Shown here: one piece after another, positions 1-9,338 of the stretch | Numbering within the stretch: position 1 is the first letter of the stretch | How the letters are laid out: the number at the start of each line of letters is the position of its first letter | From: an uncultured Chitinophagales bacterium | Lineage (GTDB): Bacteria; Bacteroidota; Bacteroidia; Chitinophagales; S012-47 | Length of the DNA stretch: 64,000 bases | Direction of reading: 5' to 3' | Assembly: GCA_964413685.1 (NCBI GenBank) | Contig: CAYPSW010000002.1 | Location: 141,526-205,525, forward strand | Notes under the pieces: model-generated | What the model was told of the DNA's origin: nothing | The model's database searches: none | What the model saw: the letters and a program-made list of their open reading frames with translations, nothing else | Program-made: the position numbers and the translations under genes

Positions 1-56
1 GATTTCTTTTTTTAAAAATTGATGCTGCAAAGATTGAATAATTTTGAATTAAAGTC

Positions 57-64
57 TAAATTTG
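57..64 (+). promoter_or_regulatory. Bacteroidota-type -7 promoter box (TAAATTTG) upstream of tRNA-Asn
   Basis: Exact match to the TAnnTTTG consensus, 20 nt upstream of the mature tRNA 5' end. No well-spaced -33 TTTG seen. Confidence 0.45.
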
Positions 65-84
65 CCACGCTTTTTAAGCAAGAT

Positions 85-158
85 TCCTCCGTAGCTCAGT
101 TGGTTAGAGCGGGTGACTGTTAATCACTAGGTCGTTGGTTCGAGTCCATCCGGAGGAG
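85..158 (+). tRNA. tRNA-Asn (anticodon GTT)
   Basis: Hand-folded cloverleaf. Acceptor TCCTCCG/CGGAGGA, D-arm GCTC..GAGC, anticodon stem GGTGA/TCACT with loop CTGTTAA, T-arm GTTGG-TTCGAGT-CCATC (one T-T mismatch). CCA not encoded. Confidence 0.9.
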
Positions 159-166
159 CGAAACAA

Positions 167-207
167 AACCGTCCCTGTACTGAAAGGTAAAGGGGCGGTT
201 TCTTTTT
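167..207 (+). terminator. Intrinsic terminator after tRNA-Asn, probably also serving the convergent thioesterase gene
   Basis: 10-bp stem AACCGTCCCT/AGGGGCGGTT (one G-U) with a 14-nt loop, followed by TTTCTTTTT. The opposite strand also has a T-rich tail. Confidence 0.7.
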
Positions 208-246
208 GTAATGAGATGAGTAAGATGTAGGGGTATTACCTATCCC

Positions 247-609
247 TTAAGAAATGGTTTTATGGTGAGCAAGCGGATGTCCATTTTTATCAATATTCAC
301 AAAGACCAGCTTCTCGATGCTGATAATAGCCTGATGAGTTTGTTTATTCCGGACAAGACACCTTAGTGTAATGCTCGATTTTCCCATGGAACTTACTTCC
401 AAGCCAATTTCTACAATATCTCCTTTCCGGGCAGTATGCACAAAATCAATCTCTGAGATATATTTTGTGACAACGTTTTTGCTATCTAATTGACAGATAG
501 CATAGATGGCTGCCTCTTCATCAATCCAGCTGAGCACGGTCCCACCAAATAAGGTTCCATGTGGGTTCAGGTCTTCGGGTTTTACCCATTTACGCTTATG
601 AAAATTCAT
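247..609 (-). CDS. Acyl-CoA thioesterase, hotdog fold (YciA-like)
   Basis: 120 aa. HGTLFGGTVLSWIDEEAAIYA and overall length are typical of 4HBT/YciA-type thioesterases. Confidence 0.75.
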   Translation of the reverse strand: MNFHKRKWVKPEDLNPHGTLFGGTVLSWIDEEAAIYAICQLDSKNVVTKYISEIDFVHTARKGDIVEIGLEVSSMGKSSITLRCLVRNKQTHQAIISIEKLVFVNIDKNGHPLAHHKTIS

Positions 610-708
610 ATTAGTCTTTTTTAAAAAAATAATTTTAAAGGTTAGCTTTTTCGTTGGATGCTATTGAAGCTTTACCCAACTTTGCACTTCATTTCAAATA
701 TCAACATA

Positions 709-2088
709 ATGAAGCAAAAAACCATCATTGAACCCTTTAAAATAAAAATGGTAGAACCCATAAAAATGACAAATAAGAGAGAAAGGGAGCAATTTCTGAA
801 AGCGGCATATTATAATCCGTTTTTACTCAATTCAGATCAGGTTATCATTGATTTACTGACTGATTCGGGCACCTCTGCCATGAGTTCCAATCAATGGTCG
901 GCCATGATGCAGGGCGATGAGTCTTATGCAGGCGCTTCATCATGGAAAAGAATGCAAAAAACAATTCATGATTTAACCGGCTATCCTTTTACCATTCCAA
1001 CCCATCAGGGAAGAGCTGCCGAAAGAATTTTATATGGATATCTTGGGGGTAAAGGGAAAGTATTTATTAGCAATACCCACTTTGATACTACCCGTGCGAA
1101 TATAGAATTTACAGGTGCAAAAGCCATCGATTGTGTGATTGAGGAAGGAAAGAATCCATCGGTCTATCATCCGTTCAAAGGGAATATGGATATTGAAAAA
1201 TTAGAGCAATTAATTATAGAGAACGGGGTTGAAAACATAGCAGCTATCATTCTTACTGTCACTAATAACAGCGGTGGCGGACAACCTGTCAGTCTCGCTA
1301 ATGCTACTGAAGTAAGCAGGGTTTGTAAAAAGTATGGCATTCTCTTTATTCTGGATGCCTGTAGAATTGCTGAGAATGCCTACTTCATAAAAGAGCGTGA
1401 ACCGGCTTATGCTGGCCTGTCATTTCGTGATATTGCTCACGAAATGTTTTCTCTGGCGGATGGTTGTGTGATGAGTGCAAAAAAAGATGCCATTGTGAAT
1501 ATGGGTGGTTTTTTAGCTTTGAAAGACCAAGATATAGCAAATGCCTGTACTAATCTGCTTATCATCACTGAAGGCTTTGCTACGTATGGTGGCTTGTCAG
1601 GCCGTGATATGGAAGCCATAGCTGTTGGTTTGAAAGAAGTGTTTGAACCTGATTACTTGCATTATCGGATCATCAGCACAACTTATCTTGGCAGAAAGCT
1701 ACGTGATATGGGCATCCCATTAGTATGGCCCATAGGAGGGCATGCAGTATATATCGATGCGAAAGCACTTTACAATCATATTCCGGTTGACCAGTACCCG
1801 GGACAGGCCTTAGTCTGTGACCTATATTTATTAGGCGGAATCAGGTCTGTCGAAATTGGTTCGGTTATGTTTGGGAAATATGATAAAGCAGGTAAATTGA
1901 TTCCTGCAGACATGGAACTTGTTCGTCTTGCTATTCCCAGAAGGGTTTATACACAAAGTCATCTTGATTATGTGATCGAAACTTTCGAAGAAGTGTTGAG
2001 TTGCAAAACTTCATCACGGGGTATGCGAATAGCTGAGGAGCCGGAATTTCTCAGACATTTTACGGCCCATTTCGAACCAATTATTTAG
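709..2088 (+). CDS. tnaA: Beta-eliminating lyase of the tryptophanase / tyrosine phenol-lyase family, probably tryptophanase
   Basis: N-terminus EPFKIKMVEP, then LLTDSGTSAMS, PTHQGRAAE, the PLP-lysine region SAKKDAIVNMGG, and a C-terminal LRHFTA motif. Start moved from the TTG at 658 to the ATG at 709 (MKQKT) to match family length. Confidence 0.85.
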   Translation: MKQKTIIEPFKIKMVEPIKMTNKREREQFLKAAYYNPFLLNSDQVIIDLLTDSGTSAMSSNQWSAMMQGDESYAGASSWKRMQKTIHDLTGYPFTIPTHQGRAAERILYGYLGGKGKVFISNTHFDTTRANIEFTGAKAIDCVIEEGKNPSVYHPFKGNMDIEKLEQLIIENGVENIAAIILTVTNNSGGGQPVSLANATEVSRVCKKYGILFILDACRIAENAYFIKEREPAYAGLSFRDIAHEMFSLADGCVMSAKKDAIVNMGGFLALKDQDIANACTNLLIITEGFATYGGLSGRDMEAIAVGLKEVFEPDYLHYRIISTTYLGRKLRDMGIPLVWPIGGHAVYIDAKALYNHIPVDQYPGQALVCDLYLLGGIRSVEIGSVMFGKYDKAGKLIPADMELVRLAIPRRVYTQSHLDYVIETFEEVLSCKTSSRGMRIAEEPEFLRHFTAHFEPII

Positions 2089-2390
2089 ACGTATTTTTTC
2101 ACTTTATTTGTCGGATTTGCCTAAATCTTCCTTTTTCGGCCAATCCATGGAAAAGAAAATTGTGGAAAAATTGTGGGTTTACAGATGGCTGTTGCCTCAA
2201 GGAATGCATTTGAAATATGAGGTAATAAAATGAAAATCAACGGGCGTATGATTTATTCGACTATTATTTTAGAAAACGTGAAAATCTGTTAATAAAATTA
2301 ATTGTTTGTTGATCAATGTCGCTCTATTTTCAAAGAGAAAATCGGGGAAGTCAAACCCACCTTTTTTGACTCATAAATCGCAATAAAAAG

Positions 2391-4997
2391 ATGTTGAATG
2401 AAATAATTCATAAGAGAGATGTCGCCTCAAAAGAAGCGGAACACACAAATGAAAAAATACAAAGAGGCCTGCGCCCTTATGGAAGAGATGAAGTGTATCA
2501 GGCAACCCTCAAGTATTTTAATGGAGATGAACTGGCCACAAATGTCTGGATTAATAAGTACGCACTTAAGGATTCTCCGGGGCGTATTTACGAACGCACA
2601 CCGGATGATATGCACCATAGATTGGCTCGTGAAATCGCAAAGATTGAAGCTAAATATCCACATCCATATACGGAAGAAGAGATTTACGAAATTCTTAAAG
2701 GATTCAAGCATGTTGTTCCGCAGGGCGGCCCGATGACCGGTATAGGAAATCCTTATCAGATATCTTCCTTATCCAATTGTTTCGTAATTGGGCATGGTAG
2801 TAATTCAGATTCATATGGTGGTATTATGAAGATAGATGAAGAGCAGGTGCAATTAATGAAACGCAGAGGGGGGGTCGGTCATGATTTATCACATATCCGG
2901 CCGGGAGGAAGTCTGGTCATGAATTCGGCTTTGACGTCCACTGGCGTAGTTCCGTTCATGAAGCGCTATTCAAATTCTACACGCGAAGTCGCACAGGATG
3001 GGCGTAGAGGTGCCCTCATGCTTAGCATCTCTATTAAGCATCCGGATTCTGAATATTTTATAGATGCTAAGCTTGACGGAAAGCAGGTTACCGGTGCCAA
3101 TATTTCAGTCAAGGTTGATGACGAGTTTATGAAGGCTGCTATCGATGGGAAGCAATATATACAGCAGTTTCCGATCTATGGCAGTTCACCCAAAGTATCA
3201 AAGCATATAAATGCCCAAAATCTATGGAAGAAAATTGTTAAGAATGCCTGGAAATCTGCTGAACCGGGAATCCTTTTTTGGGACACTATTATCCGAGAAT
3301 CAATTCCTGACCGATATGCTGATTTAGGATTCCAAACTATCTCAACAAACCCATGTGGCGAAATTCCATTATGTCCTTATGACAGTTGTCGGCTTCTGGC
3401 CATCAATTTATATGGATATGTAGAACAGCCTTTTACAAAAGATGTGCATTTTAACTGGGAAAAGTTTAAAAAGCATGTCCGTATGGCTCAAAGGATTATG
3501 GATGATATTATTGATTTGGAAGTTGAAAAAATAGACTTGATTCTGGAAAAAATGAATAATGATCCGGAACCAATGGAATTGAAAGCCAATGAAATTCAGT
3601 TGTGGGAAAAGATCAGAGAAAAATGCATTCTTGGCAGACGAACTGGAGTTGGAATTACTGCTGAAGGAGACATGACGGCCGCCATGGGGTTGATCTACGG
3701 AACTAAGGAAGCTATTGATTTTTCAGTTGAAGTTCATAAAACTCTGGCTATAGAAGCCTATCGGTCAAGTGTGCAAATGGCAAAAGAACGTGGAGCATTT
3801 CCAATTTATGACAGCCAAAGGGAGAATACAAACCCCTTTATTATGAGAATAAAGGAAGCCGATCCCAAGCTTTTTGCAGATATGCAACAGTATGGAAGAC
3901 GAAATATTGCATTGCTAACTATTGCTCCAACCGGCACAACGAGCATTATGACTCAAACCACTTCCGGTATCGAACCTGCCTTTATGGTTTCTTATAAAAG
4001 AAGGAGAAAGGTGAATCCAAATGATAGAAATGCAAAAATAGATTTTGTTGATAATATGAAGGATAGCTGGGAAGAATTTATTGTATTTCACCATAAGTTT
4101 GTTACCTGGCTTGAGCTGAATGGTTATGATCCGCTTGAAGTATCGAAACTTCCTCAAGAAAAACTGAATAAAATCATAGAAAAATCTCCCTATAATAAAG
4201 CCTGCGCCAATGATGTCGATTGGATTGCTAAGGTGACCATGCAGGGAGCCATTCAAAAATGGGTAGATCATTCCATCAGCGTTACGGTCAATGTGCCCAA
4301 AGAAGCATCTGAAGAACTTATTGGTGAAATTTATACAACGGGATGGAAAAGTGGCTGTAAAGGAATCACCGTATATCGTGATGGTTGCAGGTCGGGTGTG
4401 TTATTGGCAACCGATGAGACTAAAAAAGAAAAACAAAAGCAATTTGTTGAACACAATGCCCCCAAACGACCTAAGGAATTAGAAGCCGAAATCCTAAGAT
4501 TTAATAATAAAGATGAAAAATGGATTGCTTTTGTTGGCTGTCTGAAGGGGCATCCGTATGAAATTTTTACAGGAAAAGCGGAAGACTCATTTTCAATACC
4601 GGGATATGTAAAAAAAGGCTGGATAATAAAATCGAAAAACGAAGATGGCAAAGCAGAATATGGCTTTTGTTATGTTGATAAAATGGGTTACAAAATTCAT
4701 ATTGGAGGTCTTTCAAGATCATTCAACAAAGAATATTGGAATTATGCCAAATTGATTTCGGGTGTTCTACGCCACGGTATGCCCATACCTTATGTAGTTG
4801 ATTTGGTTGAACATCTCGATTTAAAAGAAGCAAGCCTTAACAATTGGAAAGCCGGTTTGGTACGAGCATTGAAAAAATTCATTCCTGATGGGGTTGAGGC
4901 TGCTGAGAAAAAATGCCCTGAATGCGGGGAAGACACCTTAATATATCAGGAAGGTTGCCTTACTTGCAGCAACTGTGGCCATTCAAAGTGCGGATAA
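2391..4997 (+). CDS. nrdJ: Adenosylcobalamin-dependent (class II) ribonucleotide reductase
   Basis: 868 aa. Contains NPCGEIPL, TIAPTGTTS and a C-terminal CPECG...CSNCG zinc ribbon typical of NrdJ. The sequence is contiguous, with no intein-like insertion. Confidence 0.92.
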   Translation: MLNEIIHKRDVASKEAEHTNEKIQRGLRPYGRDEVYQATLKYFNGDELATNVWINKYALKDSPGRIYERTPDDMHHRLAREIAKIEAKYPHPYTEEEIYEILKGFKHVVPQGGPMTGIGNPYQISSLSNCFVIGHGSNSDSYGGIMKIDEEQVQLMKRRGGVGHDLSHIRPGGSLVMNSALTSTGVVPFMKRYSNSTREVAQDGRRGALMLSISIKHPDSEYFIDAKLDGKQVTGANISVKVDDEFMKAAIDGKQYIQQFPIYGSSPKVSKHINAQNLWKKIVKNAWKSAEPGILFWDTIIRESIPDRYADLGFQTISTNPCGEIPLCPYDSCRLLAINLYGYVEQPFTKDVHFNWEKFKKHVRMAQRIMDDIIDLEVEKIDLILEKMNNDPEPMELKANEIQLWEKIREKCILGRRTGVGITAEGDMTAAMGLIYGTKEAIDFSVEVHKTLAIEAYRSSVQMAKERGAFPIYDSQRENTNPFIMRIKEADPKLFADMQQYGRRNIALLTIAPTGTTSIMTQTTSGIEPAFMVSYKRRRKVNPNDRNAKIDFVDNMKDSWEEFIVFHHKFVTWLELNGYDPLEVSKLPQEKLNKIIEKSPYNKACANDVDWIAKVTMQGAIQKWVDHSISVTVNVPKEASEELIGEIYTTGWKSGCKGITVYRDGCRSGVLLATDETKKEKQKQFVEHNAPKRPKELEAEILRFNNKDEKWIAFVGCLKGHPYEIFTGKAEDSFSIPGYVKKGWIIKSKNEDGKAEYGFCYVDKMGYKIHIGGLSRSFNKEYWNYAKLISGVLRHGMPIPYVVDLVEHLDLKEASLNNWKAGLVRALKKFIPDGVEAAEKKCPECGEDTLIYQEGCLTCSNCGHSKCG

Positions 4998-5022
4998 ATA
5001 CCAATATACAATAATTAAGGCC

Positions 5023-5048
5023 AAGCCTCCCACTAGGGAGGTTTTTTT
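5023..5048 (+). terminator. Intrinsic terminator of nrdJ
   Basis: Stem CCTCCC/GGGAGG with loop ACTA, extendable by A-T and G-U pairs, followed by a run of 7 T. Confidence 0.8.
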
Positions 5049-5125
5049 ATTTCCCTGCAAACACACAAATTGTTTGGCTGGTAACTAATGAATTGCGAAA
5101 CTTGCAAAGAGAAAAAACTGAGCAG

Positions 5126-5569
5126 ATGATAAAAAATAATCAGTCTGATACAGAACAAAAAATTATTCGTTTTCTGCATAAAGAAAAGATACTGAGTTTG
5201 TCAACACTCAGCCATCAGCAACCGTGGTCTGCTACTTGTTTCTTTGCACTCGATTCAAATACTATGACCCTGATTATTCAATCCTCACTCGATTCAAGAC
5301 ATATCAGGGAGGCTCTTGATAATACGAGCATTTCAGGAACCGTTTATCATAATCCGGGAAAAATCGGACATATTCAGGGGATTCAATTTGAGGCGATATT
5401 TATTAAACCGGAAGGATTCGAAGAAGAGCGGATAAAAAGAATCTATCTCAGGAAATTCCCGTTTGCCTCTTTACACGAAGGTGAATCTTTTGTTATCAAA
5501 TTATTGACCGTGAAAATGACAGATAATAAATTGGGCTTTGGTACCAAGCTAAACTGGGTACGTTCATAA
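5126..5569 (+). CDS. Pyridoxamine 5'-phosphate oxidase-like FMN-binding family protein (YhbP/UPF0306-like)
   Basis: 147 aa from the ATG at 5126; the ORF track starts at the TTG at 5093. LSLSTLS..PWSATCFFA and the size resemble split-barrel PNPOx-like proteins. Assigned from motif memory only. Confidence 0.5.
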   Translation: MIKNNQSDTEQKIIRFLHKEKILSLSTLSHQQPWSATCFFALDSNTMTLIIQSSLDSRHIREALDNTSISGTVYHNPGKIGHIQGIQFEAIFIKPEGFEEERIKRIYLRKFPFASLHEGESFVIKLLTVKMTDNKLGFGTKLNWVRS

Positions 5570-5590
5570 AAATGAACTAACTTTAATTAT

Positions 5591-6601
5591 ATGAATCTGG
5601 AAAAGGAAAATAAAAACACCTCACTTGCGAAAGGATACCTTGATTTGCCAATTCCTGATAATCTGGATATTGAAAGAGCTATCAAGGAGTTAATAAAGGA
5701 AAAAAATGCAGTCCTTCTTGCTCACTACTACCAAACAGCAGACATTCAGGATATTGCCAATTTTACTGGGGATAGCTTGGGCCTTTCAAAACAAGCCGCT
5801 TCAACCGATGCAGATATTATCGTGTTTGCCGGTGTTCATTTTATGGCAGAAACAGCAAAAATATTGAACCCATCAAAAAAGGTCCTGTTGCCGGATTTGA
5901 ATGCCGGTTGTTCACTGGCCGAAGAATGCCCGACTAAAGAGTTTAAAGCTTTTAAAGAAGCAAATCCTGATCATGTAGTTGTCAGCTATATCAATACCAC
6001 TGCAGAGATAAAAGCACTTAGTGATCTTATCTGCACTTCTACCAATGCCATCCAAATAATCGAATCTATTCCGGAAGACCGACCTATCCTTTTTGCTCCG
6101 GATAAAAATCTTGGTGCCTATATTAGAAGAAAGACCGGCAGAAATATGTTGATATGGGATGGATCATGTATCGTACATCGGGAATTTTCTTCTGATCAAG
6201 TTGCCGAATTGCGGAAACTTTATCCGGGATCAAAGATTATTGCACATCCTGAATGTGGCTCCTATTTGCTGGAACATGCCGATTTTATTGGCAGCACCGG
6301 AGCCCTACTGAAATATTCACGTGAATCTGATGCATCTGTATTTATTGTTGCCACAGAGACAGGTATTCTTCACCAAATGCAGTTGGGTGCCCCCGATAAA
6401 CAATTTATTCCTGCTCCGGCAATTACCAGCTGTGTTGCCTGCCAGGAATGTCCCTACATGAAATTGAATACTATGGAAAAGCTTTACTTATGTCTGCGCT
6501 ATGAAAGTCCTGAAATTATCATTGAAGAAAAAGTAAGACAAAGTGCCTTAAAACCGATTCAAAGGATGCTGAACATATCAGAAAAAGCAGGAATAAAATA
6601 G
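5591..6601 (+). CDS. nadA: Quinolinate synthase
   Basis: 336 aa with [26 protein letters not shown] and conserved Cys residues. Sits immediately upstream of nadB. Confidence 0.93.
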   Translation: MNLEKENKNTSLAKGYLDLPIPDNLDIERAIKELIKEKNAVLLAHYYQTADIQDIANFTGDSLGLSKQAASTDADIIVFAGVHFMAETAKILNPSKKVLLPDLNAGCSLAEECPTKEFKAFKEANPDHVVVSYINTTAEIKALSDLICTSTNAIQIIESIPEDRPILFAPDKNLGAYIRRKTGRNMLIWDGSCIVHREFSSDQVAELRKLYPGSKIIAHPECGSYLLEHADFIGSTGALLKYSRESDASVFIVATETGILHQMQLGAPDKQFIPAPAITSCVACQECPYMKLNTMEKLYLCLRYESPEIIIEEKVRQSALKPIQRMLNISEKAGIK

Positions 6602-6602
6602 T

Positions 6603-8165
6603 ATGGATCCGGTAGATTTTTTAGTTATTGGTTCTGGTATTGCCGGACTAACGTTTGCACTTAAAGCAGCCAAACAACATCCTGATGCTACAATCAGAAT
6701 TGTTACCAAGGCAGAGGCGAGTGAATCAAATACTAAGTATGCTCAGGGGGGTATTGCTGTTGTTCTGAAAAATAGTATAGATAATCCGGAAGATCATATT
6801 AGGGATACTTTGCGGGCAGGCGATGGGCTTTGCGATGAAAAAATCGTAAGAATAGTAGTTGATGAAGGGGCCGACAGGGTGCAAGAAATGATTGCCTGGG
6901 GTGCACAATTTGATAAAAATAAATTGGGAGAATATGATCTTGGACGTGAAGGTGGACATGGGATAAATCGGGTTATTCATTATAAAGATGCGACCGGATC
7001 TGAGTTAGAAAGAACCCTGTTGGATCAAGTGGATAATACAGCCAATATTATTTTACTCGATCACCATTATGCTATTGATCTTATTACTGAACATCATTTG
7101 CCCGAATATGAGAAACTGCCCGAAAACATCCATTGCTTTGGAGCCTATGTACTCGATCTTGAAACCAATAAAGTAATTACTCTTCAATCCAAGATTACAT
7201 TAATAGCTGCCGGGGGAGCAGGGCAAGTTTATCAAACTACAACTAATCCAATCGTTGCTACAGGCGATGGTATCGGCATGGCATACAGAGCCAAGACAAG
7301 AATTGAAAACATGGAGTTTATTCAGTTTCATCCTACTGCATTATATAATCCCGGAGAAAGCCCTGCTTTCCTTATTTCGGAGGCTGTGCGTGGATATGGA
7401 GCTTATTTGAGGAATGAAGCGGGTGTTCGTTTCATGGCTGATTATGACGATAGGATGGAATTAGCATCACGCGATATTGTCGCGAGAGCTATCGATTCCG
7501 AAATGAAAAAATCCGGCAATACCAATGTGTGGCTCGATTGTTCTCATCTGGACGCTGAGGGATTCGCCAATCATTTTCCGAATATTCTGGAAAAATGTCA
7601 ATCAATAGGGATTAATATCCGAAAAGATTTTATTCCTGTGGTGCCTGCTGCCCATTATCTCTGCGGAGGAATTAAAACGGATGAGTATGGGAAAACTAAT
7701 ATCGAGCATCTTTATTCTGTGGGAGAATGTACCTGTACGGGTTTGCACGGGGCCAATCGATTAGCCTCAAATTCACTCCTCGAAGCCCTGGTCTTTGCAC
7801 ATCGAGCGTTCCAATATACCGATAAGACTGTCGGGAATATATCAATCCCTGCACATATTCCTGATTGGGATATTACGGGTGTTTTCGAAAATGTGGAGCG
7901 TGTTCTTATTGCGCATAATAAGCGGGAATTGCAACAGCTAATGAGCGATTTGGTTGGGATTGTCAGGTCTGAAGAGCGATTACAAAAAGCAAAAAAAAGA
8001 TTGCAATTGCTATATACTGAAACGAAGGAGCTGTATGATCGGAATGTGTTATCAAAAGCATTATGCGAGTTAATGAACCTGATATCTGTTGCACACCTTA
8101 TTATTGAACAATCGCTGGAAAGAAAAGAAAATCGGGGAGCCTATTATAATCGGGATCTGATTTGA
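6603..8165 (+). CDS. nadB: L-aspartate oxidase
   Basis: 520 aa. FAD-binding N-terminus VIGSGIAGL, QFHPT, GGI.TD..G.T and GANRLASNSLLE. Starts 2 nt after the nadA stop. Confidence 0.93.
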   Translation: MDPVDFLVIGSGIAGLTFALKAAKQHPDATIRIVTKAEASESNTKYAQGGIAVVLKNSIDNPEDHIRDTLRAGDGLCDEKIVRIVVDEGADRVQEMIAWGAQFDKNKLGEYDLGREGGHGINRVIHYKDATGSELERTLLDQVDNTANIILLDHHYAIDLITEHHLPEYEKLPENIHCFGAYVLDLETNKVITLQSKITLIAAGGAGQVYQTTTNPIVATGDGIGMAYRAKTRIENMEFIQFHPTALYNPGESPAFLISEAVRGYGAYLRNEAGVRFMADYDDRMELASRDIVARAIDSEMKKSGNTNVWLDCSHLDAEGFANHFPNILEKCQSIGINIRKDFIPVVPAAHYLCGGIKTDEYGKTNIEHLYSVGECTCTGLHGANRLASNSLLEALVFAHRAFQYTDKTVGNISIPAHIPDWDITGVFENVERVLIAHNKRELQQLMSDLVGIVRSEERLQKAKKRLQLLYTETKELYDRNVLSKALCELMNLISVAHLIIEQSLERKENRGAYYNRDLI

Positions 8166-8172
8166 ATTAAAA

Positions 8173-8202
8173 AAAGAAAGAAGACCGAAGTCTTCTTTCT
8201 TT
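8173..8202. terminator. Bidirectional intrinsic terminator between nadB and the convergent secreted-protein gene
   Basis: Perfect 13-bp stem AAAGAAAGAAGAC/GTCTTCTTTCTTT with loop CGAA. An A-run sits upstream, and the 3' arm is itself T-rich. Confidence 0.8.
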
Positions 8203-8247
8203 AATAACCATCAATTCTATGAATTGCTATAAGCGCGTTGAATTTCT

Positions 8248-8949
8248 TTACTCAAATGATACTACATAATCTTGCAAATCAACTTTTTGCTTGAGCATTA
8301 CCTGCGAGATACCTTCATATTCAAAAGTTATCAGGTAAGCACCTTGCTCTAAATCTTTTGGTAAATCAATCGAAAAATTATTTAACCCATCATTGATTTC
8401 AAGTGATTCCGTTTTATTAAAATCGCCTGTCAAGGCAGTAATATTCACAGTCCCTTGTCCATTTTGAAAACTGTTAACCACCAAATCCAGATGCTGAAAA
8501 TTAGTATCATCCTTTACATTCAAAGTAAATTTATCTTTATTGATAAAATTGGCGGTCTTAACTTCTGAATAATTTGTCTGATTTCCCGATAGAACTTGCT
8601 TAACTCTGTAGTACATCAAGCCTTCTTTCTCAGTAATATTGTCCACAAATTCAAAACTTGTATTTGTATTGGCATCAATTTTACCTACAGAAGTAAATAT
8701 CAAATTTCCTTTTTCATCTGCTTCGTGAGCACATTCTACTTCATAATATTCAGCATGATCAAATGCGGTCCAGTTCAGATGTACATTCTGGTCTATAATT
8801 GTTAAATCAAAACCTTCAATTTGAGTAGGCTTTGTAGTCAATTCACCGCTTTCAGCATGAGCTGGCAGGGCTAATAAAACGGTCGTCAAGAGGCAAAAAA
8901 TCCAAGGTAAAAGAGTAAAAGAAGTGTTATTTATTGCCTTGTAATTCAT
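8248..8949 (-). CDS. Secreted hypothetical protein with an FN3-like domain and a possible T9SS C-terminal sorting domain
   Basis: Start moved to the ATG at 8949, giving MNYKAINN...LLALPAHA as a signal peptide. A beta-rich FN3-like segment (LNWTAF..YYEVE..YYRVKQV) follows. The C-terminal ~80 aa loosely resemble a Por-secretion tail but carry about 12 extra residues. Confidence 0.5.
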   Translation of the reverse strand: MNYKAINNTSFTLLPWIFCLLTTVLLALPAHAESGELTTKPTQIEGFDLTIIDQNVHLNWTAFDHAEYYEVECAHEADEKGNLIFTSVGKIDANTNTSFEFVDNITEKEGLMYYRVKQVLSGNQTNYSEVKTANFINKDKFTLNVKDDTNFQHLDLVVNSFQNGQGTVNITALTGDFNKTESLEINDGLNNFSIDLPKDLEQGAYLITFEYEGISQVMLKQKVDLQDYVVSFE

Positions 8950-9062
8950 AATTATGAAGAATTTAGTTGTGTCTGTTATACACCATTGACGCATAAAAGT
9001 TTCGCTTAGTACAAAGAAAAATATATGCTTGAAGCACCTTGACTAAAAATTGATTTTATGAT

Positions 9063-9070
9063 TACTTTTG
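9063..9070 (+). promoter_or_regulatory. -7 promoter box (TACTTTTG), candidate promoter of tRNA-Pro
   Basis: Exact TAnnTTTG match 59 nt upstream of the tRNA 5' end. Confidence 0.35.
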
Positions 9071-9128
9071 CTTTCCGATTATTGAGCTGTAAAACTTAGA
9101 AGAATTGTTAAGTATGCTCTCAGTAATT

Positions 9129-9203
9129 CGGGGTGTAGCGCAGCCAGGTTAGCGCGCCTCGTTCGGGACGAGGAGGTCGGGAGTTCGAATCTCCCCACCC
9201 CGA
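9129..9203 (+). tRNA. tRNA-Pro (anticodon CGG)
   Basis: Hand-folded. Acceptor CGGGGTG/CACCCCG, D-arm GCGC..GCGC, anticodon stem CCTCG/CGAGG with loop TTCGGGA, T-arm GGGAG-TTCGAAT-CTCCC, discriminator A. Confidence 0.92.
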
Positions 9204-9326
9204 CAATGATTAAACCGATACCTGTAATAGAATCAAGCTTTCTTTGTAAATTCAAAAAAATGCAATCGGAAAAATTGTAAGAGGTTCAATTCCGATCCTT
9301 TCATTCACAGGTATAAAGCAATTAGA

Positions 9327-9334
9327 TATCTTTG
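9327..9334 (+). promoter_or_regulatory. -7 promoter box (TATCTTTG), 4 nt upstream of the lipoprotein ATG
   Basis: Exact TAnnTTTG match. The extended string TATCTTTGCGG also occurs upstream of purH at 41656. Confidence 0.5.
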
Positions 9335-9338
9335 CGGT

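Noticed and set aside
658-708. N-terminal extensions in the ORF track. These start at TTG or upstream codons for tnaA (658), the 5093 ORF, gyrB (13391), ppk2 (14078), the RR (23044), wzc (36697), mreD (45221), aspS (48926), the DUF4139 gene (52418), the 8994 ORF and the epimerase (63735).
   Set aside because: Internal ATG codons give N-termini that match family consensus or proper signal peptides, and they remove overlaps with the upstream genes. The shorter coordinates are used in the feature table.
2089-2390. A cobalamin riboswitch or NrdR box upstream of nrdJ.
   Set aside because: I looked for a B12-box-like GCCACTG core, the GGTG..AA..CC elements, and 16-bp NrdR-type palindromes. None is present. 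Only a loose AATCGGGGAAG resemblance was seen.
9281-9296. A tRNA-like T-loop string, GGTTCAATTCC, downstream of tRNA-Pro (possible tRNA fragment or att site).
   Set aside because: The flanking bases cannot form a 5-bp T-stem or an acceptor stem. The string does not match the 3' end of tRNA-Pro.
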